NCBI GenBank assembly: GCA_030704615.1
Contig: CM060734.1
Coordinates: 26,722,001 to 26,786,000, forward strand
Direction: 5' to 3'
Length of the DNA: 64,000 nt
Source of the DNA: Takakia lepidozioides
Lineage: Eukaryota; Plantae; Bryophyta
Below the pieces are notes generated by a model. The model did no database searches and was not told where the DNA came from. It was given only the letters and a program-made list of their open reading frames with translations. Both the position numbers and the translations under genes were made by a program. Below are positions 61,873 through 64,000 of this stretch, in pieces; within the stretch, counting starts at the first letter, position 1, and every line of letters starts with the position of its first letter.

Positions 61873-62297
61873 TTATGGCTTTGGCTTACCCCTACTCGAC
61901 AGGTGTTTGCTAAGAAAAATGCTTCCCAACCCTCCTAAATCATACCTAATCCTACTCCCTAATGAATCCTCCCCAAGTACTAGAGGCACGTGTCACTCCC
62001 TCGGCAATTCTAAGTGATATGACGCAATGTGCAATGAAAAAAACGCGGGTGCTAGAGGAGGGCTTCCCGGGAGGTACTCAGCATCGATTTCGTAGAATCC
62101 AACGGCCCAGAATACCCCCCATCCAACCAATAGCACCCCTATCTACTTGGACTCAATGACAAGGAGTGCAACATCCCATCGCCCACCAAGTCCTGGTGTG
62201 GAGAAAAGTGAGGGAGAGAATGGCCTCCAAGGCCTTATAAGCCCCCCCTCCACACTCGGGGCGCGCGCTGTCATCATGACTGCGCACGCTATTAATA

Positions 62298-62409
62298 GCT
62301 GCGACCGCCAGCAGGGGTGGTCGCATCTTTTTTTCTTTTCTTTATTATGTGCGACCACCAGCAGGGGGGTGGTCGCAGATTCTTTTTTTTTAATCAACAG
62401 GGAGGTGGT

Positions 62410-62447
<38 letters not shown>

Positions 62448-62960
62448 CGCGACCACCAGCAGAGAGGTGGTCACATAAATTTTGTTTAAAACAAATAGGT
62501 GCGACCTCCTTTTCTTTAATAGATGCGACCACCAGCAGGGGGGTGGTTGCATAATTTTCCGATTTTTTAATATCTACCAACAGTCAGTAGCTCAGTTGGT
62601 TAAGTGCACTGAGTGCGACCCGGACGATTCTGGGGTCAAATCTTGCTACTTGATGGGTGTGGTATGGTTCATGTGTGGTGCCCCATTCCTACGCCTCTTG
62701 GCGCATAAATGAAAGAGGTTATTTTCTCCTCTCACTACTAAGGGGTCTGATTTGTGAGCTGTCGCTCCCAGGTGTTTCCCAAAATAAAATAAAATAAAAT
62801 CTGCGACCACCAGCAGGGGTAATCAGTAAATCAGTAAATAGGTGCGACTACCATCAGGGGGGTGGTCGCAACATTTTTCTTTTATTTTAACAGTTGCGAC
62901 GACCGCTACTGGTGGTCACACAATTGTTTTTTTAAAAATAGGTGTGACCACCAGGAGGTT
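62298..62960. repeat. Second array of the GCGACCACC..GGTGGTCGC palindrome, including an (AT)n run at 62413-62445
   Basis: Same unit and same orientation as 53780-54301. Confidence 0.88.
62576..62800 (+). mobile_element. Probable second tRNA-derived SINE family interrupting the palindrome array
   Basis: A-box-like TAGCTCAGTTGG, degenerate B box GGGTCAAATC, (AAAAT)n tail; no clear TSD. Confidence 0.5.
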
Positions 62961-63457
62961 GGTCTCCTTGCACCTGTATGTATGTTTGGAGAGGCAGATG
63001 AAAAACACATGTATCGACTTCCCAAGAATTTGTGAAGGGGAAGATGAATGTTGGGAGCTGCACCTGACTTTTGTGGCTTTCGAAACCATAATAGGAAATC
63101 AACAATGTAAAGGTAATGACGAAACACAAACACACGCACAACCACCAAACCCTTTCTTGGGTACACATATTCTACTTTTTTTTATTTCCGTACACGTATG
63201 CATGTACCCAAACTGAAACATGGATATCCATGGAAACATACTACACATCATGTGACAGGTCACTGAAGTTATAGCTGTACCTAATTCCGTCTGGCACGAC
63301 GACGATGGTATGATCTCACGTCTAGTACAAAATCTTCGTCCCCACTCACTTCACCCCCGTTCCCATGATCAGTGCTAGAATCATGATCTCCATCTTTTCT
63401 TTCGTTTCCAGATGCAACTGGCCGTTGGACCTGTAGTCGTCCTCGGAGTACGTTCAG

Positions 63458-63988
63458 TTATCTCTCTGGTCGATTTCCACTCCTATCATGAATACCATCT
63501 AGGGTACCAGGCATGTTCACAGGTCGGTCACCAACAAAAGGTTGCACAATTCGTTGCCGTTTCTGGGCTTGTCCCGGATTTCGTGGTGGCCTTGGAGCAG
63601 GTCTCGTATGAGGAAGGCTACGCGCACGTACATCAGAGGGGCCGACATGAGAGGAAGGGGCATGAGATGGACCAGCGAGGGTCGAGGGAGCACGGTTCAC
63701 ATGCGGACGTCGTCGGGCCAGATGAAACGACAATGGCCGGTCGTCGTCATCTGATGGTTCGACTTGCAGAAGTCCCGCAACAGAAGAACCATCTCCTAGG
63801 ATCGGAGTAGTGATGGAAGGAATTACATGAGGGGGAGAGAGACTAGATGGATTAGCATGGGATGAACCGGCTTGAGAAAGAGAAACATGAGATAGAGCGG
63901 GGTGAGATGAAGCACGGTTCACAGGGGCACGATGTCGGTGAAGGAATGACAACGGCCGGTTGACATCATCCGACGATTCGACCTGCAC
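63458..63988 (-). CDS. Fragment of low-complexity protein with an internal repeat; runs off the window
   Basis: VESSDDVNRPLSF..VNRASS and VEPSDDDDRPLSF..VNRAPS repeated in a 176-aa ORF. Confidence 0.35.
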   Translation of the reverse strand: MQVESSDDVNRPLSFLHRHRAPVNRASSHPALSHVSLSQAGSSHANPSSLSPPHVIPSITTPILGDGSSVAGLLQVEPSDDDDRPLSFHLARRRPHVNRAPSTLAGPSHAPSSHVGPSDVRARSLPHTRPAPRPPRNPGQAQKRQRIVQPFVGDRPVNMPGTLDGIHDRSGNRPER

Positions 63989-64000
63989 ATCTCCCGCAGT

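Larger units (their letters stand above)
53495..64000. mobile_element. Large putative DNA-transposon-like element/island with repeat arrays and cargo genes; right end not in the window
   Basis: Abruptly truncates gypsy RNase H at CCCTAGTTGCAAA; CpG-rich inverted repeat GGACGTGACGTG/CACGTCACGTCC (53511-53581); no transposase seen. Confidence 0.45.

Noticed and set aside
63412-63810. Plus-strand exon after an acceptor-like tttccag
   Set aside because: Translation looks like the antisense shadow of the repeat-containing minus-strand ORF

Overview
Eukaryotic, transposon-dense window; a plant (bryophyte/streptophyte-like) host is my inference from element types, not established. It is a patchwork of nested, mostly decayed mobile elements, and no intact host gene could be supported. 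Main components: (1) a non-chromoviral Ty3/gypsy element (3' LTR 2851-3611, pol 8366-10555, long extra 3' ORF, second fragment at 18980-21424). (2) At least four diverged pieces of a LINE family with an RRM-like/coiled-coil ORF1. Its ORF2 (23477-29372, minus) reads APE endonuclease - RT - chromodomain - PCIF1-like adenine methyltransferase-like domain - RNase H - CCHC zinc finger - restriction-like endonuclease, i.e. a dual-endonuclease (Dualen/RandI-type) element with two unexpected epigenetic modules. (3) Two copies of a Ty3/gypsy element with a DNMT3-like C5 cytosine methyltransferase after the protease (in frame before RT in the longer copy). (4) Two TSD-flanked tRNA-derived SINEs whose 3' half shares a covarying RNA fold with the LINE 3' end. 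(5) A Harbinger-type MITE and a CACTA end. (6) From 53495 on, a large repeat-structured element carrying decayed protein kinase and RING-H2 genes. All domain calls come from manual translation and motif recognition; no database searches were run.
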